Assembly: GCA_913774955.1 (NCBI GenBank)
Contig: CAJYKV010000007.1
Coordinates: forward strand, 333,693 to 397,692
Direction of reading: 5' to 3'
Source: an uncultured Acidovorax sp.
GTDB lineage: Bacteria; Pseudomonadota; Gammaproteobacteria; Burkholderiales; Burkholderiaceae_C
DNA length: 64,000 nt
Made by a program: the position numbers and the translations under genes. A model generated the notes under the pieces. The model worked only from the letters and a program-made list of their open reading frames with translations, made no database searches and was not told the DNA's origin. Below, in pieces: positions 50,556 through 60,711 of the stretch; positions within the stretch are counted from its first letter, which is position 1; every line of letters begins with the position of its first letter.

Positions 50556-52370
50556 TCAATACCCCAGCGTGCGCCCATCCGGATTGCGCGGATCGGAATA
50601 GCCGAACAGCACGCCGTCCTTGAACTGGATGGTCTGCGTGCGGCCCATGGAGGGCTTCAAGGCCAGCACGTGGCCGCGGGACTGCAGCAGCGCCAGCGTG
50701 TCGGGTGAAAGGCCGTTCTCGATGCGCAGTTCGTCCGGCGTCCACTGGTGGTGGATGCGCGGCGCCGCGGCGGCCTCGGCGGGGTTCATGCCGAAGTCGA
50801 TCACGTTCACCACGGTCTGCAGCACGGTGGTGATGATGCGCGCGCCGCCGGGGCTGCCCGTGACGAGCACCGGTTTGCCCTCCTTGAGCACCAGCGTCGG
50901 CGTCATCGACGACAGCGGCCGCTTGCCGCCCGCCACCGCGTTGGCGTCGCCGCCCACGAGGCCGTAGGCATTCGCCACGCCCGGCTTGGCGGCGAAGTCG
51001 TCCATCTCGTTGTTGAGCAGGATGCCGGTGCCCTTGGCGACGATGCCGCTGCCGAAGTTGGTGTTGAGCGTGTACGTGACGGCCACGGCGTTGCCGGCCT
51101 TGTCCACCACCGAGAAGTGCGTGGTCTGGTCGCTCTCGTAGGGCTGGGGCTGGCCGGGCCGGATGTCCTTGGCCGGGCGCGCCTTGTTCGGATCGATGGT
51201 CTTCGCGAGCGAGGCCGCGTAGCCCTTGGAGGTGAGGCCCCTGAGCGGGATCTTCACGAAGTCCGGGTCGCCCAGGTACTCGGAGCGGTCGGCGTAGGCG
51301 AGCTTCATGCTCTCGGCCATCATGTGCAGCGTCTGCGCGCTGCCCGCGCCCCACTGGGCGAGCGGCATCGGCTCGAGCATGTTGAGGATCTGCACCAGGT
51401 GCGCGCCGCCGGACGACGGCGGGGGCATGGTCACCACTTCATACCCGCGGTAGGTGCCGCGCACGGGAGTACGTTCCACCACCTCGTAGTCGCGCAGGTC
51501 CTGCAGCGTGAGCGCGCCGGGGTAGGGCGCCATCTCGGCGGCGATGCGGCGCGCGATCGGGCCCTGGTAGAAAGCCTTCGCGCCCTGCTGCGCGATGAGG
51601 CGCATGGACTGGGCCAGGTCCTTCTGCACCAGCCGGTCGCCGATCTTCAGCGGCGCGTCGCCGCGCCAGAAGATCTGCCGGGTGGCGGGCCAGCGGGCCA
51701 TGGTGTCGCGCTCCTGCGCGAGCGTCTTGGCGAGCGTGAGGCTCACCGGGAAGCCCTTGTCGGCCAGCGCGATGGCCGGAGCGATCACCTTCGAGAGTGG
51801 CATGGTGCCCCAGGACTTGAGCGCATGCTCTAGGCCCGCCACGGTGCCGGGCACGCCCACGGCGTAGTGCGTGTGCAGCGATTTGCCGTCGATCACCTCG
51901 CCCTTGTCGTCCAGGTACATGTCGCGGCTCGCCTTGCGCGGCGCGACCTCGCGGAAGTCGAGCGCGACGCTCTTGCCGCTCTTCGCGTCGTACACCATCA
52001 TGAAGCCGCCGCCACCCAGGTTGCCGGCGTTGGGCAGCACCACCGCCAGCGCGAAGCCCACGCCCACGGCCGCGTCGATCGCGTTGCCGCCCGCGCGCAG
52101 GATGTCCAGCCCCACCTTCGATGCGAGTTCCTGCTCGGTAGCCACCATGCCGCTGCGCGCGACGACCGGGTGGAACACGTCCATGTCCATGTCGTAGGCG
52201 CGGCCGGCCGCGCGCGCGGCGGGCGTCTGCGCGGGCGCGCTGTTCGCGGCGGGCGTGGCCGCGGCCGGCTCGGAGCCGCCGGGCAGGTTGGCGCAACCCG
52301 CGATCGACAGCAGCGCGAGCGCGGAGCTTCCTGCCAGCAGCCAGGGACGTTGGAGGCGGAGAGATGTCAT
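50556..52370 (-). CDS. ggt: Gamma-glutamyltransferase
   Basis: Lipoprotein signal IAGC; GGNAIDAA, DFRE, TTHFSVVD, NNEMDDF, PLSSMTP. Confidence 0.95.
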   Translation of the reverse strand: MTSLRLQRPWLLAGSSALALLSIAGCANLPGGSEPAAATPAANSAPAQTPAARAAGRAYDMDMDVFHPVVARSGMVATEQELASKVGLDILRAGGNAIDAAVGVGFALAVVLPNAGNLGGGGFMMVYDAKSGKSVALDFREVAPRKASRDMYLDDKGEVIDGKSLHTHYAVGVPGTVAGLEHALKSWGTMPLSKVIAPAIALADKGFPVSLTLAKTLAQERDTMARWPATRQIFWRGDAPLKIGDRLVQKDLAQSMRLIAQQGAKAFYQGPIARRIAAEMAPYPGALTLQDLRDYEVVERTPVRGTYRGYEVVTMPPPSSGGAHLVQILNMLEPMPLAQWGAGSAQTLHMMAESMKLAYADRSEYLGDPDFVKIPLRGLTSKGYAASLAKTIDPNKARPAKDIRPGQPQPYESDQTTHFSVVDKAGNAVAVTYTLNTNFGSGIVAKGTGILLNNEMDDFAAKPGVANAYGLVGGDANAVAGGKRPLSSMTPTLVLKEGKPVLVTGSPGGARIITTVLQTVVNVIDFGMNPAEAAAAPRIHHQWTPDELRIENGLSPDTLALLQSRGHVLALKPSMGRTQTIQFKDGVLFGYSDPRNPDGRTLGY

Positions 52371-52597
52371 CGGCTGGAGCCCTTCCCTTCTTTGTCGTTG
52401 ACGTGTGCCGGAGCGTGGAATGCCGGCGGAGCGGCGGACAGTGTAGAACGGGTGTCCGCGGCGGGACGTCACGGTTCGTTACGGCGGGGCGCCGCCATGC
52501 ATACACTGCCGCATGGCGCGCGCCGGTGCAGTGGGCACCGGCCGGCGCACCGGGTTTTCCATCCATTTCCTTAACGGACCGACAGGAGATATGCCCC

Positions 52598-52948
52598 ATG
52601 GGCCTCAGCACGCACGTTCTCGACACCATGCACGGATGCCCCGCCGCGGGCATGGCCGTGGCGCTCTATGCGACGGAGGACGGGCAGGCGCGGCTGCTGC
52701 AGTCGCTGGTGCTCAACCACGACGGCCGCACCGATGCGCCGCTCTTCGACAACGCGAGCCTGCGCACCGGCACCTACCGCCTCACGTTCGACGTGGGCGC
52801 GTACTTCCGTGCGCGCGGCGTGGCGCTGCCCGAGCCGAATTTCCTGGACCGGGTGAGCCTGGACTTCGGCATCGCCCATGCCGACCAGCACTACCACGTG
52901 CCGCTGCTGGTCAGCCCGTGGAGCTATTCGACCTACCGTGGCTCCTGA
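52598..52948 (+). CDS. uraH: 5-hydroxyisourate hydrolase
   Basis: LSTHVLD, DGR, HYHVPLL, C-terminal YRGS. Confidence 0.96.
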   Translation: MGLSTHVLDTMHGCPAAGMAVALYATEDGQARLLQSLVLNHDGRTDAPLFDNASLRTGTYRLTFDVGAYFRARGVALPEPNFLDRVSLDFGIAHADQHYHVPLLVSPWSYSTYRGS

Positions 52949-52979
52949 CGCACGGCAGCGGCCGTGCCCGGGCCCGGGA

Positions 52980-53528
52980 TCAAAGTTGGCCTTCGGTGAG
53001 CGTGTCGAGCTGGAACCGGCCCGACTTGTCCCACAGCCAGGTGTCGGTGTAGGTCACGCGGCCCATGCGCGTGGGCACGGGGTAGGGCGCGGCCGCGCGC
53101 ACGGTGCGCTCGATCTCCGCGATCACCTCGGGCGCATGGCGCGGCGCGCGCATCCAGTGCAGGCGGGTCACCTGGCCGCTGCGGTCGATGTCGACCTGCA
53201 GGGTGCCGATGGCGTACAGCATGGGCGGCAGCTTGCCCGGATAGATGCGCGACTGGTTCAGCCCATAGAGGTGGGTGGCCGCATCCTGGCGGTAGGCGCG
53301 CGGGTCCGCCGCGGCCGAGGGGCGTGCGGAACCCCGCGCCGCCGGCTCGGGGCCGGCCACGCCCGCGACCGGGCTGGCCGGCGCGGCGGTCTCGCCGGGC
53401 GCGGTGGCCGGCTCGGGGCCCGACTTGCAGGCGGCGAGGAGCGAGGCCACGGCGGCCATCAGGCCGGCCAGGAGCCAGTGGCGGCCGCCGCGCGGCGTGC
53501 CGTGGGAGGGGGTGGGCGAGGGCTTCAT
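52980..53528 (-). CDS. Hypothetical lipoprotein, possibly TonB-C-like fold
   Basis: Lipobox LLAAC; VDIDRSGQV...VRAAAPYP pattern. Confidence 0.6.
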   Translation of the reverse strand: MKPSPTPSHGTPRGGRHWLLAGLMAAVASLLAACKSGPEPATAPGETAAPASPVAGVAGPEPAARGSARPSAAADPRAYRQDAATHLYGLNQSRIYPGKLPPMLYAIGTLQVDIDRSGQVTRLHWMRAPRHAPEVIAEIERTVRAAAPYPVPTRMGRVTYTDTWLWDKSGRFQLDTLTEGQL

Positions 53529-53611
53529 CGGTGGGTCGTGGCTGGAGGCGGGGGCAGGGAACCGGCATGCGCGCGCGCCGGAGGGCTGCCCGGGCAACGC
53601 GGGGGCGCGCC

Positions 53612-54475
53612 ATGGCGTTGACGCAGGCCCTGAACGCCTTGCTCCAGGGCCTTGCCGGGCGGCCTGCCTGCGTGGTGGAGGTGGAGTCTACCCAAGGCTC
53701 GGTGCCGCGCGAGCGCGGCGCCTGGATGGCCGTGTTCGACGACGGGCCACCACTGGGCACGATCGGCGGCGGGCGGCTGGAATGGGATGCGATCCGCGAG
53801 GCGCGGGCCCGGCTGTCTGCCTTTGCCGGCACGGGGGCGCAGGCCGGTTCCGGGATCGAGGCCGAGTCCGTCCTCCGGTTCGCGCTGGGGCCGAGCCTGG
53901 GCCAGTGCTGCGGCGGGGTGGTGCATCTGCGCTTCACCTGCGCGGGGCCGCAGGACCGGGCGGCGCTCGCCCGGCGGCTGGCGCCCGAGCGCACCCCGGT
54001 GGCGCTGTTCGGCGCCGGGCACGTGGGGCATGCGCTGGCGCGGGTGCTGGCGCCGCTGCCGTTCGAACTCACCTGGATCGACAGCCGCGACGGTGTGTTC
54101 CCTGCGGACGCCGAGGCGGGAGGCGTGCGCTGCGAGCATTCCGAGCCGGTGCATGCGGCCGTGCCCGGCCTGGCGCCCGGATCGCGCGTGCTCATCATGA
54201 GCTTCAGCCACGCGGAAGACCTCGACGTGGTGGCCGCCTGCCTCGCGCGGCAGCGCGCGCAGGGCGACCTGCCGTTCGTCGGGCTCATCGGCAGCCGCAC
54301 CAAGTGGGCGACGTTCTCCCACCGGCTGGAGGCCCGGGGCTTCGGTCCGCAGGAGCTGGCGCACGTCGCCTGCCCGATCGGCCTGCCGGGCATCGCGGGC
54401 AAGGAGCCGGAGGTGATCGCGGTGTCCGTGGCCGCGCAGCTGCTGGCCACCCTGCCGGCCCCGCCCGGAACGTGA
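53612..54475 (+). CDS. xdhC: Xanthine dehydrogenase accessory protein
   Basis: GSVPRE, GTIGGG.LE, LGQCCGG, FGAGHVG, GLIGSRTK, CPIG. Confidence 0.93.
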   Translation: MALTQALNALLQGLAGRPACVVEVESTQGSVPRERGAWMAVFDDGPPLGTIGGGRLEWDAIREARARLSAFAGTGAQAGSGIEAESVLRFALGPSLGQCCGGVVHLRFTCAGPQDRAALARRLAPERTPVALFGAGHVGHALARVLAPLPFELTWIDSRDGVFPADAEAGGVRCEHSEPVHAAVPGLAPGSRVLIMSFSHAEDLDVVAACLARQRAQGDLPFVGLIGSRTKWATFSHRLEARGFGPQELAHVACPIGLPGIAGKEPEVIAVSVAAQLLATLPAPPGT

Positions 54476-54742
54476 TGCGCAGCGCGTGACGGACCGCGGC
54501 GGGCACGCGCCTGCCGGTGTGGCATCCGCGCCCGTTGCGGCCCGCCCCGTTCCGGCGGGAACGGAACCTGCATACACTCGGGCCACAGGTCGCAGCGGTG
54601 CAAGGCGATGCCGCCCTTCCGTCTTTCGGCGGGGGCGCATCCAGCGCGGCCTTCCCGCTGCTCAGAGCGCCCGCCGTGGTGAGCAGGTTGCCGCGCGGCG
54701 CGTCGCCGATGGAACGGGCCGCGCGCGAAGTTGAGAGCCACC

Positions 54743-55969
54743 ATGGAAAGCTACCTTCTCGACTGGGCCAACCTGCTGCTGCGCTGGGTCCACGTCATCA
54801 CCGCGATCGCCTGGGTCGGGTCGTCGTTCTATTTCGTCTTTCTCGATTCCAGCCTCACGCCGCCGGTGGACGACGACCTGAAGCGCCAGGGCGTGAGCGG
54901 CGAACTCTGGGCCGTGCACGGCGGTGGCTTCTACCACCCGGTCAAGTTCGCGGGCGCGCCACCGCAGTTGCCGAAGCACCTGCACTGGTTCTTCTGGGAA
55001 AGCTACAGCACCTGGATCAGCGGCTTCGCGCTGTTCACGGTGTCCTACCTCTGGAGCGCCAGCACCTACCTGATCGACAAGTCGCGCATGGACTGGGCGC
55101 CGGCCACCGCCGTCGTGGTCGCGCTGGCGTTCCTGGTGGTGTTCTGGCTGCTCTACGACGCCATCTGCCGCATCTTCGGGCAGCGCAGGAACGGCGATGC
55201 GATCGTCGGCGCGCTGGTGTTCGTGCTGGTGTGCGCAGCCTCGTGGCTGGCCTGCCACTGGTTCGCGGGCCGCGCGGCCTTCCTGCTGGTGGGCGCGATG
55301 ATCGCCACCTCGATGAGCGCCAACGTGTTCTTCTGGATCATCCCGGGCCAGCGCAAGGTGATCGCGCAGATGAAGGCCGGCCAGCCGGTGGACCCGATCC
55401 ACGGCAAGCGCGGCAAGCAGCGCAGCGTGCACAACACCTACTTCACGCTGCCGGTGCTGTTCTGCATGCTGTCCAACCACTACAGCTTCACCTGGAGCCA
55501 TCCGCAGAACTGGCTGATCCTCATCCTGATGATGTTCGCAGGCGCCTCCATCCGCCAGTTCTTCGTGATGCGCCACGGCTGGAAGCTCGGCCGCAACGCG
55601 CACCCGCTGCCCTACGCGCTGGTGGGCTGCGCGGTGATCGTGGGCACCATCGTCGGGCTGCGGCTGGCGCAGCCGCCGGTGCCGGCCACCGCGGCGGCGG
55701 GCGCACTGGCCGCCGCCGCGGCAGGGCCCGTGGACTACGCGCAGCTGCAGCCGGTGCTCGCGCAGCGCTGCTACATGTGCCATGGCGAGCAGGTGCAGAT
55801 GAAGAACCTGCGGCTGGATTCCGCGGCGTCGGTGGCGCAGCATGCGCAGGCCATCTATCAGCAGGCGGTGGTGCAGAAGCTCATGCCCATGAACAACGCC
55901 ACCGGCATGACGGACGCCGAGCGCGACCTCGTGCGGCGCTGGTTCGAAGGGGGGGCGTCCACGCGGTGA
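54743..55969 (+). CDS. puuD: Urate hydroxylase PuuD with cytochrome c domain
   Basis: LRWVHVITAIAWVGSSFYF, WAVHGGGFY, RSVHNTY, CYMCH. Confidence 0.93.
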   Translation: MESYLLDWANLLLRWVHVITAIAWVGSSFYFVFLDSSLTPPVDDDLKRQGVSGELWAVHGGGFYHPVKFAGAPPQLPKHLHWFFWESYSTWISGFALFTVSYLWSASTYLIDKSRMDWAPATAVVVALAFLVVFWLLYDAICRIFGQRRNGDAIVGALVFVLVCAASWLACHWFAGRAAFLLVGAMIATSMSANVFFWIIPGQRKVIAQMKAGQPVDPIHGKRGKQRSVHNTYFTLPVLFCMLSNHYSFTWSHPQNWLILILMMFAGASIRQFFVMRHGWKLGRNAHPLPYALVGCAVIVGTIVGLRLAQPPVPATAAAGALAAAAAGPVDYAQLQPVLAQRCYMCHGEQVQMKNLRLDSAASVAQHAQAIYQQAVVQKLMPMNNATGMTDAERDLVRRWFEGGASTR

Positions 55970-55997
55970 CGCGGCGCGGCGCACGGGCCGCGCGCCG

Positions 55998-57950
55998 TCA
56001 GTGCGGGTGTGCGGCGGCCTGCGGATCGGAGGGAGGCCGTGCCGGAAGCCAGGGCCGTGGGCGGTCCTGCGGCGGGGTGGGCGCCGTCCCGTGCGCGTGC
56101 GCGGGCAGTGCGGCGGACGCCCGGTGCGCGGGCTCCGCGGTGCGCCAGGCCAGGCCGCTGCTGCAGCCCTTGGCGTCGTGCTTGGCCAGGGCCGCGGCGT
56201 TGGCGACCTCCTCGGCATGGCGCATGCTGCCGGGCACCACGCGCGCGGCGCCGATCGACAGCGTCGTGCAGGGGAAGAAGCGCTTCACTCCGTACCGGTC
56301 TTCCGCCCAGATGCCGCCGGCCTCCCGTGCCGCGTCGTCGAACAGGGCGCGCGCCTCGGTCGCGAATTCCCGCACGATGCGCTCGCAGCGCTGCAGCCAG
56401 TCGCCGCTCTGGAACAGCAGCATGAAATCGTCGCCGCCCACGTGGCCGACGAAATCGCGCTGCGCGTCGCAGTGCGCCACGGCGAGGCGCGCCACGAGCC
56501 GGATCATCTGGTCGCCGCGCCAGTAGCCGTAGTAATCGTTGAAGGGCTTGAAGTGGTTCAGGTCGGCGTAGCAGGCGACGAACTCGGTGCCGCTGTCGAT
56601 GAGCCGCTGCATGTGCAGGCTGATCGGGATGTTGCCCGGAAGGAAGGTGAGAGGGTTCGCGTGGCGCGCCGCCTCGATGCGCGCCTCGGTCACGCTGCGC
56701 ACCAGCTGCTCGCCGGTGCCCAGGCCCACGTAGCGGCCGTTGTCGGTGGCGATGAAGCCGTCGTTCAGGTAGCGCTGGTCCTGCGAGGTCAGGATGCCCA
56801 CGAGCTGGTCCACGTCGCAGTCGAGCTCGACCACCCGCGGCGCATGGTTGGCGAAGGCCGCGCAGGGCTTGCGGCCGTGCACCTCGCGGAAGTAGAGCGT
56901 CGCGTAGTGGTTCATGAACTGCTGGCGGTTGATGAGTGCCACGGGCCGCGCGCCGTCGAGCACCGGCAGCGCATGCAGTTCGGGGTGGGCCTTGAAGAAG
57001 GCGGCCACGGTGTCGTTGCTGGTGTCCGCCGTGGCCGTGGGCGCATGCACCACCAGGACGTTGCGCAGGATGCCGGGCCGGGCGTGCTGGCCGCGGTGGG
57101 GCAGCACCGCCACGCGGCGGTCGCGCAGCACCTCCAGCGCCGCCGCTTCGATGTGGTCGCGCGGTGCCGGGGACGGCCGCCCCAGCAGGTAGCCCTGGCC
57201 GTAGGGAATGTCGAGGTCGCGCAGTGCGCGCAGATCGTCCTGCGTCTCGATGCCCTCGGCGATCAGGGTGGTGCCGAACACGTCGGCGATTCCCCGGATG
57301 GCCTGCAGCATCTGCAGGTTCTCGGGGTGGGCGCTGATGTCGCGCACGAAGTACTTGTCGATCTTGACGAAGTCCGGCCGCGCCTCGGACCACAGCCGCA
57401 GGCTGGAGCGGCCGTCGCCGAAGTCGTCGAGCGCGATGCGGGCGCCGCAGGCATGCACCTGCTTGAGGGCCTCGCGCAGCAGGGCCATGTCTGTCACCCG
57501 CTCGTGCTCGGTGATCTCGAGCACGACGTGCTCGGTGCAGACGCCGGTCGCGCGCACGGCGGCCCACACGGGTGCGCTGGCGCACAACGCCACGCCGCGC
57601 ACGAGAGCGTCCGCGCTGATGTTGACGAACAGACGTCCGTGCGCACCCAGGTCCCCCCACTGCTGCAGCGCCACGGCGACGCACAGCAATTCGAAATCCT
57701 GCAGCAGGCCCTCCTGCAGCGCGGTCTGCAGCAGCCGGTCGGGCGTGTGCAGCGGCGTGCCCTCCGGGCCGCGGATCAGTGCCTCATGTGCATAGACATG
57801 GCCTTCGACCAGGTCGGCGAGCGGCTGGAAGACGCAGTGCAGGCCGCCCTCGCGCATCAGCCGGGCGAGCGGACCCGTGCCGCTGCGCGCGGGAGGCGAC
57901 AGCGCGGCCAGCACCGCTTCCTGCACGGTACCGAAAGTGGCGGCGGGCAT
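55998..57950 (-). CDS. EAL-CBS-GGDEF c-di-GMP protein
   Basis: HEALIRG, DDFG, QGY; DLNHFKPFND, GGDDF; start may be 57968. Confidence 0.9.
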   Translation of the reverse strand: MPAATFGTVQEAVLAALSPPARSGTGPLARLMREGGLHCVFQPLADLVEGHVYAHEALIRGPEGTPLHTPDRLLQTALQEGLLQDFELLCVAVALQQWGDLGAHGRLFVNISADALVRGVALCASAPVWAAVRATGVCTEHVVLEITEHERVTDMALLREALKQVHACGARIALDDFGDGRSSLRLWSEARPDFVKIDKYFVRDISAHPENLQMLQAIRGIADVFGTTLIAEGIETQDDLRALRDLDIPYGQGYLLGRPSPAPRDHIEAAALEVLRDRRVAVLPHRGQHARPGILRNVLVVHAPTATADTSNDTVAAFFKAHPELHALPVLDGARPVALINRQQFMNHYATLYFREVHGRKPCAAFANHAPRVVELDCDVDQLVGILTSQDQRYLNDGFIATDNGRYVGLGTGEQLVRSVTEARIEAARHANPLTFLPGNIPISLHMQRLIDSGTEFVACYADLNHFKPFNDYYGYWRGDQMIRLVARLAVAHCDAQRDFVGHVGGDDFMLLFQSGDWLQRCERIVREFATEARALFDDAAREAGGIWAEDRYGVKRFFPCTTLSIGAARVVPGSMRHAEEVANAAALAKHDAKGCSSGLAWRTAEPAHRASAALPAHAHGTAPTPPQDRPRPWLPARPPSDPQAAAHPH

Positions 57951-58042
57951 TGTTACAGTCATACACAATCGCGGGGGAGATTAACCCACCCCGATGACGG
58001 GCCCGTGACACGGCCGCGCGCCGCGCGGCTCCGGTTGGGAAG

Positions 58043-58711
58043 TCAGTGCCCGGGCGCCGGATCGCAGCGGATGTCCGCGTACGCGACGGCATATTTGACC
58101 AGCGCGGCCTGCCCGTCGATGCGCAGCTTGCGGCGCAGGTGCAGGCGGTGCGTCTCCACCGTCCGCACCGAGGTGCCCATGCGTTCGGCGATGTCGCGGT
58201 TGGAGCGGCCTTCCGCCAGCAATCGCAGCACGGCGGCCTCGCGCGGCGTGAGGGAGCGGGCGGAGGGCTGTACGGGCGGGCCCGCGTCCAGCAGGGCGCG
58301 CACCGCATCGCTGAAATGGCTGCCGCCGGCGTGCACGGCCTCGATCGCCTGCACGAGCTGCCCCGCCGGCGCGTCCTTGAGCACGTAGCCGCGCACCCCC
58401 AGGCCGACGGCGCGCTGCACGTATTCGGCATCCTGGTGCATCGACAGCACCACCACGCGCACCTGCGGGAAGCGTTCGCGGAATGCGGCCGCCAGCTGGA
58501 TGCCGCTGCCGTCGGGCATGCGGATGTCGGTGAGCACCAGGTCCGGCGCCACGGTGCTGGCGAGCGCCATGGCTTCCTGCATGCTGCCTGCCTCGGCGGC
58601 GACGCGGATGTGCGGCGTGGCCTCCAGCCGCATGCGCACGCCGTCGCGCACGAGGGGATGGTCGTCCACCAGCAGGACGCGGATGGTGACCGGGCTCTGC
58701 GCGGTGCTCAT
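58043..58711 (-). CDS. NarL/LuxR family response regulator
   Basis: LLVDDHPLVR, TDIRMP, LTPRE..., TVETHR. Confidence 0.94.
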   Translation of the reverse strand: MSTAQSPVTIRVLLVDDHPLVRDGVRMRLEATPHIRVAAEAGSMQEAMALASTVAPDLVLTDIRMPDGSGIQLAAAFRERFPQVRVVVLSMHQDAEYVQRAVGLGVRGYVLKDAPAGQLVQAIEAVHAGGSHFSDAVRALLDAGPPVQPSARSLTPREAAVLRLLAEGRSNRDIAERMGTSVRTVETHRLHLRRKLRIDGQAALVKYAVAYADIRCDPAPGH

Positions 58712-60111
58712 GCGGGCACCTGCGAAGCGTCGAATCCGGGATGGCTTTCGCCCGCGGCGTCGGTGCGCCGGTCGAGCACGGCCAGGATGCGCGTGCCGCC
58801 GCGGCCGGAAGCGATGGCGAAACGGCCGCCGAGCCCCTCGATGCGCTCGCGCATGTTGCGCAGGCCGATGCCGCCCTGGCCGTCGCGCTGCACGCGCTGC
58901 ATGTCGAAACCCCGCCCGTCGTCGCGCACCGACAGGCTCACGCGCCAGCGCGTGAACCGCAGCGCCACCTCCACCTGCGAAGCGCCGGCATGCATGCGCG
59001 CGTTGGTGAGCGCCTCCTGCGCAATGCGGAAGAGCGCCGTGCCGTGGCTCATGGGCAGCGGGCCTGCGGGGCCGCGCAGTACGAAGCGCACGTCGAACGC
59101 GCCCTGTTCCTTCACCTCCTGCACCATCAGCGCCAGGGCGGGCGCCAGGCCGAGGTCGTCGAGCAGCGCCGGCCGCAGTCCGTGCGAGACGCGGCGGATC
59201 TCCAGCAGCGCATCGTTCAGCCGCGCGAGGCCCTGGTCCAGCATCTCGCGCGGCACGGGGGCCGCGCGGCCCGTCCACTGCACCTGCGCGGTCTCCAGCA
59301 GGAACTTGGAGGACACCAGCACCTGCACCACGCCGTCGTGCAGCTCCCGGGCCACGCGCACGCGCTCTTCCTCCTGCGAGCGCACCACGCGCTGCGCGAG
59401 ACGCCGCAGCTTGGCGCTGGCCACGCGGTGGTCGCTCAGGTTGAGCGCGAGGCCCGCCAGGCCGATCAGCACGATGCACAGCGCGGCGATCGCGCAGATG
59501 CGCCGCTGCGTGCCGCCGATGTTCTCCTGCGCGGCGCGGTCGATGTGGCGCAGCGTTTCCTGCACGTCGTCGAGGTAGAGGCCGGTGCCGATCACCCATT
59601 CCCAACCGGGCATCGTCGTGACGTAGGTGAGCTTCGGTACCGTGAGCCGCGACGACGGCTTCTGCCACGCGTAGCGCACCATGCCGCCGCCCTCGCGCGC
59701 CCGCGCCAGGATGAGGTTGGCGGGCGCCTCGCTGCGCGGATCGCCCGGATCGCACAGGTCCACGCCCGACAGGCCCATGTGCCGGGCGTCCAGCAGCACG
59801 TTCCCTTCGCGGTCGTAGACGAAGAAGTAGCCGTCCTTGCCGAACTGCATGCGCGAGAGCAGGGCCAGGGCCTGCCGCTGGCGCTCGGCGGGATCGGCCT
59901 CTTCGGCGGCGATGCGCGCAAGGGCGCTCTGCGCGAGCTGCACGTACTGGCGCAGCTCGGTTTCCTTGCTGTGCAGATACGCGGCCTCCACCAGGTCGCG
60001 CTCCTGCTGGGCGAGCTTCAGGGTCTGGTGGCGGGCGGTCACGGCCACGGAGCCGAGCGCCAGGAGGATCGGCAGGGTGGACAGCAGCAGGAGCTTCAGC
60101 CGCAATTGCAT
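58708..60111 (-). CDS. Cache-domain sensor histidine kinase (HisKA_3)
   Basis: DGYFFVYD Cache, RVARELHDG, QEALTNA, DDGRGF, GLRNMRER. Confidence 0.93.
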   Translation of the reverse strand: MQLRLKLLLLSTLPILLALGSVAVTARHQTLKLAQQERDLVEAAYLHSKETELRQYVQLAQSALARIAAEEADPAERQRQALALLSRMQFGKDGYFFVYDREGNVLLDARHMGLSGVDLCDPGDPRSEAPANLILARAREGGGMVRYAWQKPSSRLTVPKLTYVTTMPGWEWVIGTGLYLDDVQETLRHIDRAAQENIGGTQRRICAIAALCIVLIGLAGLALNLSDHRVASAKLRRLAQRVVRSQEEERVRVARELHDGVVQVLVSSKFLLETAQVQWTGRAAPVPREMLDQGLARLNDALLEIRRVSHGLRPALLDDLGLAPALALMVQEVKEQGAFDVRFVLRGPAGPLPMSHGTALFRIAQEALTNARMHAGASQVEVALRFTRWRVSLSVRDDGRGFDMQRVQRDGQGGIGLRNMRERIEGLGGRFAIASGRGGTRILAVLDRRTDAAGESHPGFDASQVPA

Positions 60112-60467
60112 GGGGATTTTCTCTCGGAGTGGAGGCGACTATCCGCCGCGCATGGTGGAAGTCAACAGGGTTATGTCCAGTGCGGGGGAGGTATTCCGTA
60201 GGCTCGTGACAAGGTGTTAATGCGGTTGAGCTGTTGAATATCCTTTCGGGGCCTGGCCGTTGAACGAATGGTTACGAATCCGGTGGGCGGAAGGAATAAT
60301 GGGGGTAATCGCACCGCCCTGGTGATATTCGTACCTGCATCGGTGCGGACGGGGCCCGCCGCCGGCCGCCGTGCCCGCTGCCGGTGCATCTTCGGGAAGT
60401 CCGGCGGGGCGCACGTGGCCTCGCTGTACGACCTGCGGACCCTTCGCAGGATGCATGCCGGAGCCCC

Positions 60468-60513
60468 GTCTGCGTAGTACTGCGCAGGCCGGTCTGCGTA
60501 GTGCTGCGTAAGG
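60468..60513. repeat. Two near-palindromic boxes at 24-bp period
   Basis: GTCTGCGTAGTACTGCGCAGG and GTCTGCGTAGTGCTGCGTAAGG. Confidence 0.7.
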
Positions 60514-60711
60514 GAAAAATGTGCTGTCGCCCGCCGTAATGCCGGCACAGAATGCGTTCGTGCTTTCCTTTTCTCCGGTGATATTGGGTCCAGCGATGGC
60601 GATTATCGGAAGGAAGGCCGGAGCGGTATGGCGTAGCGCCGGTCCGGGCTGCATGGCAGGCCGGCTGGATATTCCATGCCATGGTGTGCGTCATTCAATC
60701 GGAGGAACGTC

